From Vicinamibacterales bacterium (GTDB lineage: Bacteria; Acidobacteriota; Vicinamibacteria; Vicinamibacterales; 2-12-FULL-66-21), in contig DATJFE010000067.1 in the NCBI GenBank assembly GCA_035495955.1, positions 19,972 to 83,971 of the forward strand: 64,000 nucleotides of DNA. Direction: 5' to 3'. The position numbers were made by a program, and so were the translations under genes. How positions within the stretch are numbered: the first letter of the stretch is position 1; the number at the start of each line of letters is the position of its first letter. Shown in pieces: positions 28,019 through 36,072 of the stretch. The notes beneath the pieces were generated by a model. It had not been told where the DNA came from, made no database searches, and saw only the letters and a program-made list of their open reading frames with translations.

Positions 28019-28638
28019 CGGCCCAGGCCGCCGACGAAAACGTCCACGATCGCGTCGGCTTCGGATCGCAGTGAATACGTCCGCCGGCTGAGGATCCAGT
28101 TGGTCGCCATTTCGTCGAGGCCGCCGAAGAACAGCTTTGCCGCCAGCGTGGCATTGAGATCGCGCCGGAACGCGCCCGATTGCTGGCCCGAGACGATGAT
28201 GCCGCGGATGATGCCGAGGTACTCGCGCAGCAGCGTCGCCGAGAACCGCTCCATGAATTTCGTCGACTGCCGCAGCTCGACCTGAAAGACGATCGCCAGG
28301 CTGCGATCGCGGCCCATGCGGCCGAGATGCACCCGCGCGACCGCGCGAAGCTGCTCGATCGGATCGGACAGCGGCGCCACGCACGCGCGTCCTTCCTGGA
28401 TCGCCTCCCTCATGGTCCGCTCGAAGATCGAGACGAGAAGATCGTCCTTGCTCCGAAAGTACAGATAGACCGTGCCGGCGGCGACGCCCGCCGAACGGGC
28501 GACGTCAGCCACCTGGGCGTTGAAGAAGCCGCGCGCGGCGAACACGTCGATCGCGGCGCGCAGAATCGCCTCGCGCTTGTCTCCACGCTCGAGGGAGCGG
28601 GCGGAACGCGCCATGGTAGCCACTGAATGAATGGTCAT
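28015..28638 (-). CDS. TetR/AcrR family transcriptional regulator (FadR-like, first gene of the beta-oxidation operon)
   Basis: ...RGDKREAILRAAIDVFAARGFFNAQVADVARSAGVAAGTVYLYFRSKDDLLVSIFE is the typical TetR N-terminal HTH. Starts are possible at 28638 or 28614. Confidence 0.9.
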   Translation of the reverse strand: MTIHSVATMARSARSLERGDKREAILRAAIDVFAARGFFNAQVADVARSAGVAAGTVYLYFRSKDDLLVSIFERTMREAIQEGRACVAPLSDPIEQLRAVARVHLGRMGRDRSLAIVFQVELRQSTKFMERFSATLLREYLGIIRGIIVSGQQSGAFRRDLNATLAAKLFFGGLDEMATNWILSRRTYSLRSEADAIVDVFVGGLGR

Positions 28639-28643
28639 TCATT
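28624..28643. promoter_or_regulatory. palindromic operator TGAATGA-atgg-TCATTCA at the 5' end of the tetR/fad operon
   Basis: tgaatgaatggtcattcatt reads as a perfect 7-4-7 (28624-28641) or 8-2-8 (28626-28643) inverted repeat. It overlaps candidate start codon 28638. Confidence 0.7.
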
Positions 28644-28671
28644 AAGGCGCGCCTGTCAAGCGGACACGGCG

Positions 28672-29484
28672 CTACCGCCACCGGGTAAGGATCGTTTCCC
28701 GCTCGAAAAGCGCCACGCTCAGCAGGACCAGCACGACCCAGACGGCGGTCATCGCCCCCGAGGCGGCGACGAGCATCCAGGTCGAGATGTAGAACAGCCC
28801 CGACAGTTGGCCGACGAGCATCCCGGCGAGCGGCAGCACCAGCAGGACCGCGATCTGCTGCGCGCTGCGCGCGTCGTTCACGCGCGACGACACCGCGATC
28901 GCCGCCTGCAGCGCCGCCAGCGACGCGAAGGGCCCCAGAATGCCGAGCAGGAGCACAGTACGCATTGTCAATAGCGTCGCAAGGACGCCCGGGGACCCGA
29001 GCGCGGCGATCAGCGCCAGGTAGACAACGGTCCCGGCCGCCTCGATCGCCACTGCGGGCAGAAAAGCGGCCACCGCCTTCGCGACCAGCAGTTCCACCGT
29101 CGAGACCGGCGTCGTCAGCAGCGGTTCGAGCGTGCGTCCCTGTTTCTCGCCGACCACGGCGTACGCCGCGAGCGAGACGGCGCCGACGATCGGCGCCATG
29201 AGGAACAGCATCAGGAACTGCTGGAACATGAACGCCTCCGCCGCGGTCTGCGCGTCGAGCGCCGCAAGCGCCGGAAGATGCCCCGTGGCGGCTGCGACCA
29301 CCTGCTGCATGCTCCGGTCGTCCGCGATCGACTGGCCTGTGGCACGGGGCACCACGACGACGACGACGAACGGGAGGATCGTGCAGAGGACCACGACGAT
29401 CAGCACGGGAATGATGACCGATGGATTCGCGCGGAATTCGCGGATCTCCTTGCCGACGAGGACGGCAATCCGACGCACGTTCAT
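28672..29484 (-). CDS. ABC-2 type transporter permease
   Basis: MNVRRIAVLVGKEIREFRANPSVIIPVLIVVVLCTILPFVVVVV... 270 aa, about 6 TM segments. Its ATG overlaps the ATPase stop (ATGA). Confidence 0.8.
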   Translation of the reverse strand: MNVRRIAVLVGKEIREFRANPSVIIPVLIVVVLCTILPFVVVVVVPRATGQSIADDRSMQQVVAAATGHLPALAALDAQTAAEAFMFQQFLMLFLMAPIVGAVSLAAYAVVGEKQGRTLEPLLTTPVSTVELLVAKAVAAFLPAVAIEAAGTVVYLALIAALGSPGVLATLLTMRTVLLLGILGPFASLAALQAAIAVSSRVNDARSAQQIAVLLVLPLAGMLVGQLSGLFYISTWMLVAASGAMTAVWVVLVLLSVALFERETILTRWR

Positions 29485-30401
29485 GACGCGCTGCCCGCCA
29501 GGAGCTTGAGATACACGGCCTCCAGGGCGGGCTCCTCGTCGAATACCTCGCGGATCTCGCCGCCCGCTGTCACGAGCGCCCGAATCACCGCGGGCGCCCC
29601 CGTGTCGGGCGCATCGACAATCATCGACAGGCCGTCGGCCTCGACGCGCACGTCGCGCGCTCCGGCGCGCAGGGCGGCCTCGATGAGGCCGCCGGCCGCC
29701 GGCTTTCCACTCAATCTGACGCGCAGCCGGCAACCGAACATTTCGCGCCTCAGGGCGGACGGCTCGCCGATCGCGATCAGCCTGCGGCTGACGAGCCCCA
29801 CCCGGTCAGCCATGCGCTCGGCTTCGTCGAGATTGTGTGTCGAGACGACGATGGCGCGGCCCAGGCTGCGAAGGTGCTGAAGCAGATCGCGCACCGTGCG
29901 CGACGTCTGCGGATCCAGGTTGGCGGTGGGCTCGTCGAGCAGCACCACTTCGGGATCGTGGACGAGCGCCCGCGCCAGCGCGAGCTTCTGCTTCATGCCC
30001 TTTGAGAGGAGGACGACGCGGTCGGCTCGGCGGTCCAGGAGTTCGAACAGGCGCAGGACGCGCTCAACGGCCGCGGCCGGCTGTGCGAGCCCGAACAGCC
30101 GCGCATAGACGATCAGGTTGTCCTCGACCGTAAGGTGGTCCCAGAGTCCGGGCGTTTCGGTGAGGAACCCGATGCGGGCGCGCAGCGCGGATCCGGTTGC
30201 GCGAGTAAACGGCCGCCCGTTGACCACCACCCGGCCGGATGACGGTGGGATCAATCCCCCGAGCATCCTCAGCGTCGTCGTCTTTCCGGCTCCGTTCGGC
30301 CCGAGCAGCCCAAAGACCTCACCGCGTTTGACCTCGAAAGAAAGGTCCTCGACGGCGATCCGCTCGCCAAACCGCCGCGTCACCGATTCAACGATCAGCA
30401 T
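29481..30401 (-). CDS. ABC transporter ATP-binding protein
   Basis: Walker A GLLGPNGAGKTTTLRML, signature LSKGMKQKLALARAL, Walker B VVLLDEPTANLD. Confidence 0.92.
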   Translation of the reverse strand: MLIVESVTRRFGERIAVEDLSFEVKRGEVFGLLGPNGAGKTTTLRMLGGLIPPSSGRVVVNGRPFTRATGSALRARIGFLTETPGLWDHLTVEDNLIVYARLFGLAQPAAAVERVLRLFELLDRRADRVVLLSKGMKQKLALARALVHDPEVVLLDEPTANLDPQTSRTVRDLLQHLRSLGRAIVVSTHNLDEAERMADRVGLVSRRLIAIGEPSALRREMFGCRLRVRLSGKPAAGGLIEAALRAGARDVRVEADGLSMIVDAPDTGAPAVIRALVTAGGEIREVFDEEPALEAVYLKLLAGSAS

Positions 30402-30412
30402 GTGAGCTCAGT

Positions 30413-30445
30413 CCCGATATCCGACACCCGACACCCGACACCCGG
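30413..30445. repeat. heptamer repeat ccgacac x3 in the divergent promoter region
   Basis: cccgatat ccgacac ccgacac ccgacac ccgg. It is G-rich on the minus strand, which is the sense strand of the ABC operon 5' leader. Confidence 0.8.
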
Positions 30446-30457
30446 CGCCCCATGTCC

Positions 30458-30483
30458 GACCCCAGGTGTATAGTGACCCCAGG
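30458..30483 (+). promoter_or_regulatory. direct repeat gaccccagg x2 flanking a tatagt -10-like box upstream of csoR-like gene
   Basis: gaccccagg (30458-30466) tgtatagt gaccccagg (30475-30483). ATG at 30508 is preceded by aaagaagga. Confidence 0.3.
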
Positions 30484-30507
30484 CTCCCCGCGAGAAAAGA
30501 AGGACCC

Positions 30508-30783
30508 ATGCTGGACGAGGCGCAGCAGCAGGCTATCGTCACACGATTGAATCGAATCGAGGGCCAGGTGCGGGGCATCCGGCGGATGGTCCAGGAGCCG
30601 CGGCTCTGCATCGAGATTCTTCAGCAGCTCGCGGCCGCGGAAGCTGCCCTCAATCGGATCAGCCTCGCGGTGTTCCGGTTTCATGTCGAGAAGTGCGTCC
30701 CGGAAGGAGTCGTCAAGGGCGATCCGGAGCGCAGCCAGCGGCTCAGCGAGCTGGTCGACATCTTCGATCGCTTCGCAAAGTAG
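30508..30783 (+). CDS. CsoR/RcnR/FrmR family metal-sensing transcriptional repressor (C-H-C fingerprint)
   Basis: MLDEAQQQAIVTRLNRIEGQVRGIRRMVQEPRLCIEILQQLAAAEAALNRISLAVFRFHVEKCV... Cys, then His 25 residues later, then Cys 4 residues later, as I recall for Cu(I)-sensing CsoR. Confidence 0.85.
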   Translation: MLDEAQQQAIVTRLNRIEGQVRGIRRMVQEPRLCIEILQQLAAAEAALNRISLAVFRFHVEKCVPEGVVKGDPERSQRLSELVDIFDRFAK

Positions 30784-30994
30784 CGCGTCCCTTCATCCAG
30801 CCGATTGAATCTCCGGATTCGTCCGTTCGGATCCGGACAACTGACTCATCCGTAGTATCCCGTCTAAGTCATTGAAATATCATGGCAAGTTCCCCTTGCT
30901 TTTTTCGCGCGTGCGTTTGCATAGTGAAGTGTCCGGGTCCGTACACCGTCCGGTCGTGCTATTCGATTCGGTCTTCTTTCTGTGGAGGATGGAG

Positions 30995-33886
30995 ATGGGA
31001 GTTCGATTGGCAAGAACGGTGGTGTTGTCCGCGGCCGTCGGGATACTGACGGCGTTTGCAGCACCATCAGCAGCGCAGGTTGCCTCGGGGCGTATCGACG
31101 CCACCGTGAGCGACACAACCGGCGCCGTGCTTCCAGGAGTCACGGTCGACATCAGCGGTCCTCAAAGCCGGACCGCCGTCACCGACACGCTCGGCGAGGT
31201 TCACTTCCTGAATCTCTCGCCCGGCACCTACAGCGTCAGCGCGAAGTTGACGGGCTTCAGCGACTATCTGAACAAGAACCTCCCGGTGGCGACCGGCACG
31301 AGCGTCCCGCTCAAGATCTCGATGTCGATCGCCGGCGTCTCGACACAGGTGCAGGTCACGAAAGAAGCGCCCGTGATCGACACCAAGAAGATGACGACGT
31401 CGACCAACGTCAGCGTCGAGGAGCTCCAGAACATTCCGTCTGCGCGCGACCCGTGGGTCGTGATGCAGACGATCCCCGGCATCGTCCTCGATCGCGTGAA
31501 CGTGGGCGGCGGCGAGTCGGGGCAGCAGCCCGGCTACCAGGCGAAGGGAGCGAACGGCGGCGACAACACGTGGAACATGGACGGCATCGCGATCACCGAC
31601 ATGGCCGCCACCGGTTCCAGCTCGACGTACTACGACTTCGACATGTTCCAGGAGATGCAGGTCACGACGGGCGGCGCCGACGTATCGAACCCGACGCCGG
31701 GCATCCAGTTGAACATGGTGCTGAAGAGCGGCAGCAACACGCCGCACGGCTCGACGCGGTTCTATTTCGAGAACGAGAGCCTCGAATCGAACAACATGCC
31801 GTCGGATCTCGCCGCGACGATCGGCGGCACGAGCGGCAAGGGCAACCGGATCCATCAGTACAAGGACTACGGATTCGAGCTCGGCGGGCCGATTCTCAAG
31901 GACCGCCTCTGGGGTTGGGGCGCAGCCGGCAAGACCGACATCCAGCTCCTGACGCTCACGGGGTATCCGGATCACACAATCCTTCAGGACACCTCGTTCA
32001 AGGGCACCGGACAACTGTCGACGTCAACGCGCGCGAACTTCACGTTCTTCCGCGGCAACAAGCAGAAGTTCGGCCGTAGCGCGAGCTCGACCCGGCCGCC
32101 GGAGACGACTTACGATCAGAGCGGCCCGACCGACATGTACAAGGGCGAGGTGAACTTCGTGCTCGGGAACAACATCTTCCTCGTCGCGAAGGGCGCCCAC
32201 ATCCACGGCGGATTCCAACTGGCGCCTGAAGGCGGCATCAACGCGCAGGAGTGGATTGACGATGCCGGCGTCCAGCACGGGACTGCGGACCTCTATAAAT
32301 CGAACCGCCCGCAGGACTCGATTGGCCTGGACGGGAGCGTGTTCCGCGGGCACCACGAGCTGAAATTCGGCTACGGCTGGCGCCGGGCGCCGGTGCAGTC
32401 GTCCGACGTCTATCCGGGCAATGGCGTCATCACGGCGCACAACGGATATCCCGAGATGATTGCGTATATCCGGCGCAATTGGGCCAGCTCGGAAACCGGC
32501 GTCTATAACAGCGCCTATGCCTCCGATACCTGGACGTTGAATCGACTGACCGCCAATCTCGGCCTTCGCTGGGATCGCCAGGTCAGCTCGCTCGAGGCGG
32601 CGTCGGTTCCCGGCAGCACGGTCCTGCCGAGTCTCCTGCCCGCGATCTCGACCACGGCCGTGAAGAACGCCGTCGTGTGGAATACGGTGGTGCCGCGGCT
32701 CGGGGTCACCTACGCGATTGACGAGAATCGCAAGACGATCCTTCGCGGCAGCTACGCGATGTTCGCGTCTCAGCTGGGCGACGCCGTGGCGAGCCAGATC
32801 TCGACGATTCAATACACCGGGATCTACTACTACGCGATCGATCTCAACGGAAACAAGCTCGCGGATCCGAACGAGATACTGTTCAATCTGGGACCGATCA
32901 ATTACTACGGCTTCGATCCGAGCAATCCGACCAGCGCGACGACCAACAACAAGATCGGCAAGTATACGACGCCGCGCACGCAGGAGGTTCTGCTTGGCAT
33001 CGATCACGAGCTGATGGCCAACTTCGGCGTCAGCGCGACGTTCACGTATCGCTATTACAACCACTTCGACTGGTATCCGCTCATCGGCGTCACGCGCGCG
33101 GACTACAGCCAGGCGGGTGTGTGTACGTCGAGTGCTGCCCCCTGCGCGCCGGCGAACGGGGACACGGGTCCCGTCGGTTCGTTCAGCACGCCGTATTTCG
33201 GGATAAATCCTGCGAAGATCCCTCCCGGCCAGGGCACCAGCTATGAGGCGCGGAATGGTTACCACCAGCGCTTCCTCGGAGCCGAGCTGAGCGCCACCAA
33301 GCGCATGTCCGATCGCTGGATGGCCAGGTTCGGTTTCTCGACAAACGATCACCGCGAGTACTTCGATAATTCGAACACGTCGCAGCTCGATCCGACATCG
33401 ACGCGCGACAACCCGAACATCAACGGCGGGCACGTCATCACCCGATCGGGCGGGAGCGGCAAGAGCAACATCTTCCTCGTGCTGCCGCAGTATCAGTTCA
33501 CGGCCAACGGGATGTACCAGGCTCGCTGGGGCATCAACCTCGGCGCGAACTGGGTCTTGCGGCAGGGATATGCTGAGCCCTTCTATCGAAGCCGCGTGAA
33601 TCCCGGGGACGGACTGGGGTTTAGAAATGTACTGGCCGTCACAGACGTCACCAAATTCCGGCTGCCGGCCGTCAGCTCGCTCGACGTACGTGTGGAGAAA
33701 GCATTCCAGATTCGTCGTGCAAAAGCTGCCGTCGACCTGGACATCTTCAACATCGGCAACGCCGCGACCGTGCTCGGCCGCCAGTACGACTTGCGTCTGA
33801 GCACCAGCAGTCCCACGGGGTTCAACCATGTCCTGGAGATCATGGATCCGAGGGTCGCTCGCATAGGAGTCCGGTTCAACTTCTAG
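30995..33886 (+). CDS. TonB-dependent receptor-like outer-membrane protein with carboxypeptidase-regulatory-like N-domain
   Basis: MGVRLARTVVLSAAVGILTAFAAPSAAQ signal. GVTVDISGPQSRTAVTDTLGEVHFLNLSPGTYSVSAKLTGF. Plug-like QVQVTKEAPVIDTKKMTTSTNVSVEELQNIP. C-terminal ...RIGVRFNF. ggagg lies 6 nt before ATG 30995; ATG 30989 is an alternative. Confidence 0.85.
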   Translation: MGVRLARTVVLSAAVGILTAFAAPSAAQVASGRIDATVSDTTGAVLPGVTVDISGPQSRTAVTDTLGEVHFLNLSPGTYSVSAKLTGFSDYLNKNLPVATGTSVPLKISMSIAGVSTQVQVTKEAPVIDTKKMTTSTNVSVEELQNIPSARDPWVVMQTIPGIVLDRVNVGGGESGQQPGYQAKGANGGDNTWNMDGIAITDMAATGSSSTYYDFDMFQEMQVTTGGADVSNPTPGIQLNMVLKSGSNTPHGSTRFYFENESLESNNMPSDLAATIGGTSGKGNRIHQYKDYGFELGGPILKDRLWGWGAAGKTDIQLLTLTGYPDHTILQDTSFKGTGQLSTSTRANFTFFRGNKQKFGRSASSTRPPETTYDQSGPTDMYKGEVNFVLGNNIFLVAKGAHIHGGFQLAPEGGINAQEWIDDAGVQHGTADLYKSNRPQDSIGLDGSVFRGHHELKFGYGWRRAPVQSSDVYPGNGVITAHNGYPEMIAYIRRNWASSETGVYNSAYASDTWTLNRLTANLGLRWDRQVSSLEAASVPGSTVLPSLLPAISTTAVKNAVVWNTVVPRLGVTYAIDENRKTILRGSYAMFASQLGDAVASQISTIQYTGIYYYAIDLNGNKLADPNEILFNLGPINYYGFDPSNPTSATTNNKIGKYTTPRTQEVLLGIDHELMANFGVSATFTYRYYNHFDWYPLIGVTRADYSQAGVCTSSAAPCAPANGDTGPVGSFSTPYFGINPAKIPPGQGTSYEARNGYHQRFLGAELSATKRMSDRWMARFGFSTNDHREYFDNSNTSQLDPTSTRDNPNINGGHVITRSGGSGKSNIFLVLPQYQFTANGMYQARWGINLGANWVLRQGYAEPFYRSRVNPGDGLGFRNVLAVTDVTKFRLPAVSSLDVRVEKAFQIRRAKAAVDLDIFNIGNAATVLGRQYDLRLSTSSPTGFNHVLEIMDPRVARIGVRFNF

Positions 33887-34012
33887 CCGCGGACTACGGC
33901 CGCGGACTACGGCCGCGGAATACGGCCGCGGAATACGCGGAATACGCGGACTACGGCCGCGGAACATGCGGACTACGGCCGCGGAATACGCGGAATACGC
34001 GGAGTACGGAAC
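33887..34012. repeat. tandem array of ~12 units cggaMtacg with optional gccg insert (period 9/13), starting at the base after the stop codon
   Basis: ccgcggactacgg ccgcggactacgg ccgcggaatacgg ccgcggaatacg cggaatacg cggactacgg ccgcggaacatg cggactacgg ccgcggaatacg cggaatacg cggagtacgg. Confidence 0.9.
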
Positions 34013-34031
34013 GTAAACGCGGTACACTAAA

Positions 34032-34068
34032 CCCCCGGAGCGGCTGCGGCGGCTCCGGGGTTTTTTTT
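34032..34068 (+). terminator. strong intrinsic terminator
   Basis: ccccggagc (34033-34041) pairs with gctccgggg (34052-34060), a 9-bp GC stem followed by eight T (34061-34068). Confidence 0.9.
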
Positions 34069-34120
34069 GCGAACCTGTTTCGCCGAAGCGAAGCGGAGGC
34101 GTGCCAGCGCCATTTTCCAA

Positions 34121-34231
34121 GGCGCGAGGTGCGCGAGGTGCGTGGGGTGCGCGAGGTGCGTGGCGTGCGTGACGTGCGCACTCCCCGCACCCCTCGCACG
34201 CCTCGCACTTCGCGCACATCCTCGCACCTCA
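34121..34231. repeat. 9-nt tandem repeat (gcgcgaggt x6) followed by its inverted counterpart (cctcgcac-type x5): a ~110-nt imperfect hairpin ending 9 nt before the next start codon
   Basis: gcgcgaggt gcgcgaggt gcgtggggt gcgcgaggt gcgtggcgt gcgtgacgt gcgcact | ccccgcac ccctcgcac gcctcgcac ttcgcgcac atcctcgcac ctc. Confidence 0.85.
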
Positions 34232-34239
34232 AGGTCTCA

Positions 34240-36072
34240 ATGTCCCGGATGCAGAAGTCGGGCGCGGCGCTCGCGCTCGCGGTACTGATCGCGGCCTGCG
34301 GTGGCGGCGGCGGAAACAGCGGCAGCAACTCGGGCTCCAATCCTGGCGGCGGCACGACGCCCGCGGCCAATCCGTGCACCGCGGCCGGCGCGGCGGACGT
34401 GCAGGCCGTCGGAAGCGTCGCGGCCGGCGCCGGCGTGCCGGACAAGAAAACGCTCATCGACGGCAACCCGCGCGGCCGGCTCGCCGAGGCGCTCTGGATC
34501 CACCAGGAGGCGCAGCAGCGGCGCGCGGCACGCCCCGCGGGAGCGGGCGCCCAGCCGTCCCTCACCACGCCGTCTCCCGTCGCGGACGACGTCGGAGAGA
34601 TCGCCGTTCTCCAGGATCAGGGCGACCTCATACTGGCGGCGAATCCGTACGATCTCCGCAGTACGGGCATACGTTTCACCCGCAACGGCTCGAGCTACAC
34701 GCTGTCGAAGATCGACGGAACCTTCCGGACGTCGCTCGGCAACCAGGTCACGCTGGGCGACGACGACAGCACCGGCGTCGCGATTCCATTCTCATTTCCG
34801 TTCTACGGAATCGCGCAGACCTCCGCGTTCGTCAATTCCGATGGCAACATCACGTTCGGCGAGGAAGACAAGGAGAGCACCGAGCGCAACGTCTCGCGCC
34901 TGCTCGCCGGCGCCCCACGCGTCGCGCCGTTCCTCGCGGATCTCGATCCCACGTCCGGCGGAAAGATCTTCGTCAATGCCGCGGCGGATCAGTACACCGT
35001 GACGTGGTGCAGCGTACGCGGATTCGATTCGACGCGCACGACGACGGCTCAGGCGACGCTGCTGCCCGACGGAAGCGTCGAGATGAAGTACGGCGACACC
35101 ATCACGCTGACCGACGCGGTGGTCGGGATCTCGCCGGGCCACACGGGCACCTTCACGACCGCCGATTTGAGCGTCGCCGCTGCCGTTTCCTCGAGCGGCG
35201 CCATCGGCGAGCGCTTCGCGCAATCCGGCACGCTCGATACGCAGGCGGTCGCGAAGAAGTTCTACGCGTCGCATCCGGACAACTACGACCAGATCCTGCT
35301 GTGGAGCGATCAGCCGCTCATACACGACGCGTTCGCGTACGAGGTCACGGTGGCGAACGAGATCCGCGGCATCGGACAGGACATCTTCGACCTGTCGACG
35401 GCTTTCGGCAGCGCCGGACGGCTTCGCTCGCTGGTCGTGATGGACTATCTCGGAAAATACCCTGACGATCCGACGGCGAAATTCCTGGGCGAGAACAACA
35501 CGCTCAGCGTCATGGGCCAGGAGGTCGGCCACCGGTGGCTGGCGTACCTCGAGTTCCGGGATCGGACCGGCGCGCGCTCCGACGTGCTGCTCGGACGCGA
35601 TCTGGCGCACTGGAGCTTCTTCTTCAATTCCGACGCGTCGGTGATGGAAGGCAACCAGATCGAGGATCAAGGCGGCGGCCAGTTTAGGACGGTCGATGCG
35701 GTCAAGCGCTACAACCGCCTCGATCAGTACGCGATGGGGCTCGTGCCGCCGAGCGCCGTGCCGCCGTTCTTCTACGTCGAGAGCCCGACCACCACGCATT
35801 CGCGGGAGGACGCGCCGCAGATCGGCGTCTCGTTCACGGGCACGCGCCGCGACGTGCTCGTAGACGACGTGATCGCGATCGAGGGAGCGCGCGCGCCCGC
35901 GTCCGCCGATTCATCGAAGACCCATCGTCAGGCCTTCATCTACATCGTCGGCGCCGGACGCGGCACGGATTCGGGCCAGGTGGCCAAGCTCGATCGCGTT
36001 CGCTCGGCGTGGGAGCCGTTTTTCGCGCAGGCGACAGAAGGCCGCATGACGGCCGTCACGCGACTTCATTAG
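34240..36072 (+). CDS. lipoprotein with NIDO-like N-terminal region and metzincin/leishmanolysin-like C-terminal region carrying QEVGH in place of HExxH
   Basis: MSRMQKSGAALALAVLIAACGGGGG lipobox. ...VAIPFSFPFYGIAQTSAFVNSDGNITFGEEDKES...RVAPFLADLDPTSGGKIFV... then ...LSVMGQEVGHRWLAYLEF...LAHWSFFFNSDASVMEGNQ. The codons gtc atg ggc cag gag gtc ggc cac were checked directly. The upstream 37 codons of ORF 34129 are repeat-derived (RTPRTPRT). Confidence 0.6.
   Translation: MSRMQKSGAALALAVLIAACGGGGGNSGSNSGSNPGGGTTPAANPCTAAGAADVQAVGSVAAGAGVPDKKTLIDGNPRGRLAEALWIHQEAQQRRAARPAGAGAQPSLTTPSPVADDVGEIAVLQDQGDLILAANPYDLRSTGIRFTRNGSSYTLSKIDGTFRTSLGNQVTLGDDDSTGVAIPFSFPFYGIAQTSAFVNSDGNITFGEEDKESTERNVSRLLAGAPRVAPFLADLDPTSGGKIFVNAAADQYTVTWCSVRGFDSTRTTTAQATLLPDGSVEMKYGDTITLTDAVVGISPGHTGTFTTADLSVAAAVSSSGAIGERFAQSGTLDTQAVAKKFYASHPDNYDQILLWSDQPLIHDAFAYEVTVANEIRGIGQDIFDLSTAFGSAGRLRSLVVMDYLGKYPDDPTAKFLGENNTLSVMGQEVGHRWLAYLEFRDRTGARSDVLLGRDLAHWSFFFNSDASVMEGNQIEDQGGGQFRTVDAVKRYNRLDQYAMGLVPPSAVPPFFYVESPTTTHSREDAPQIGVSFTGTRRDVLVDDVIAIEGARAPASADSSKTHRQAFIYIVGAGRGTDSGQVAKLDRVRSAWEPFFAQATEGRMTAVTRLH

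Noticed and set aside
33887-34231. CRISPR array
   Set aside because: The units are only 9-13 nt, directly abutting with no unique spacers, and there are no cas genes in the window. The same applies to every other repeat tract.
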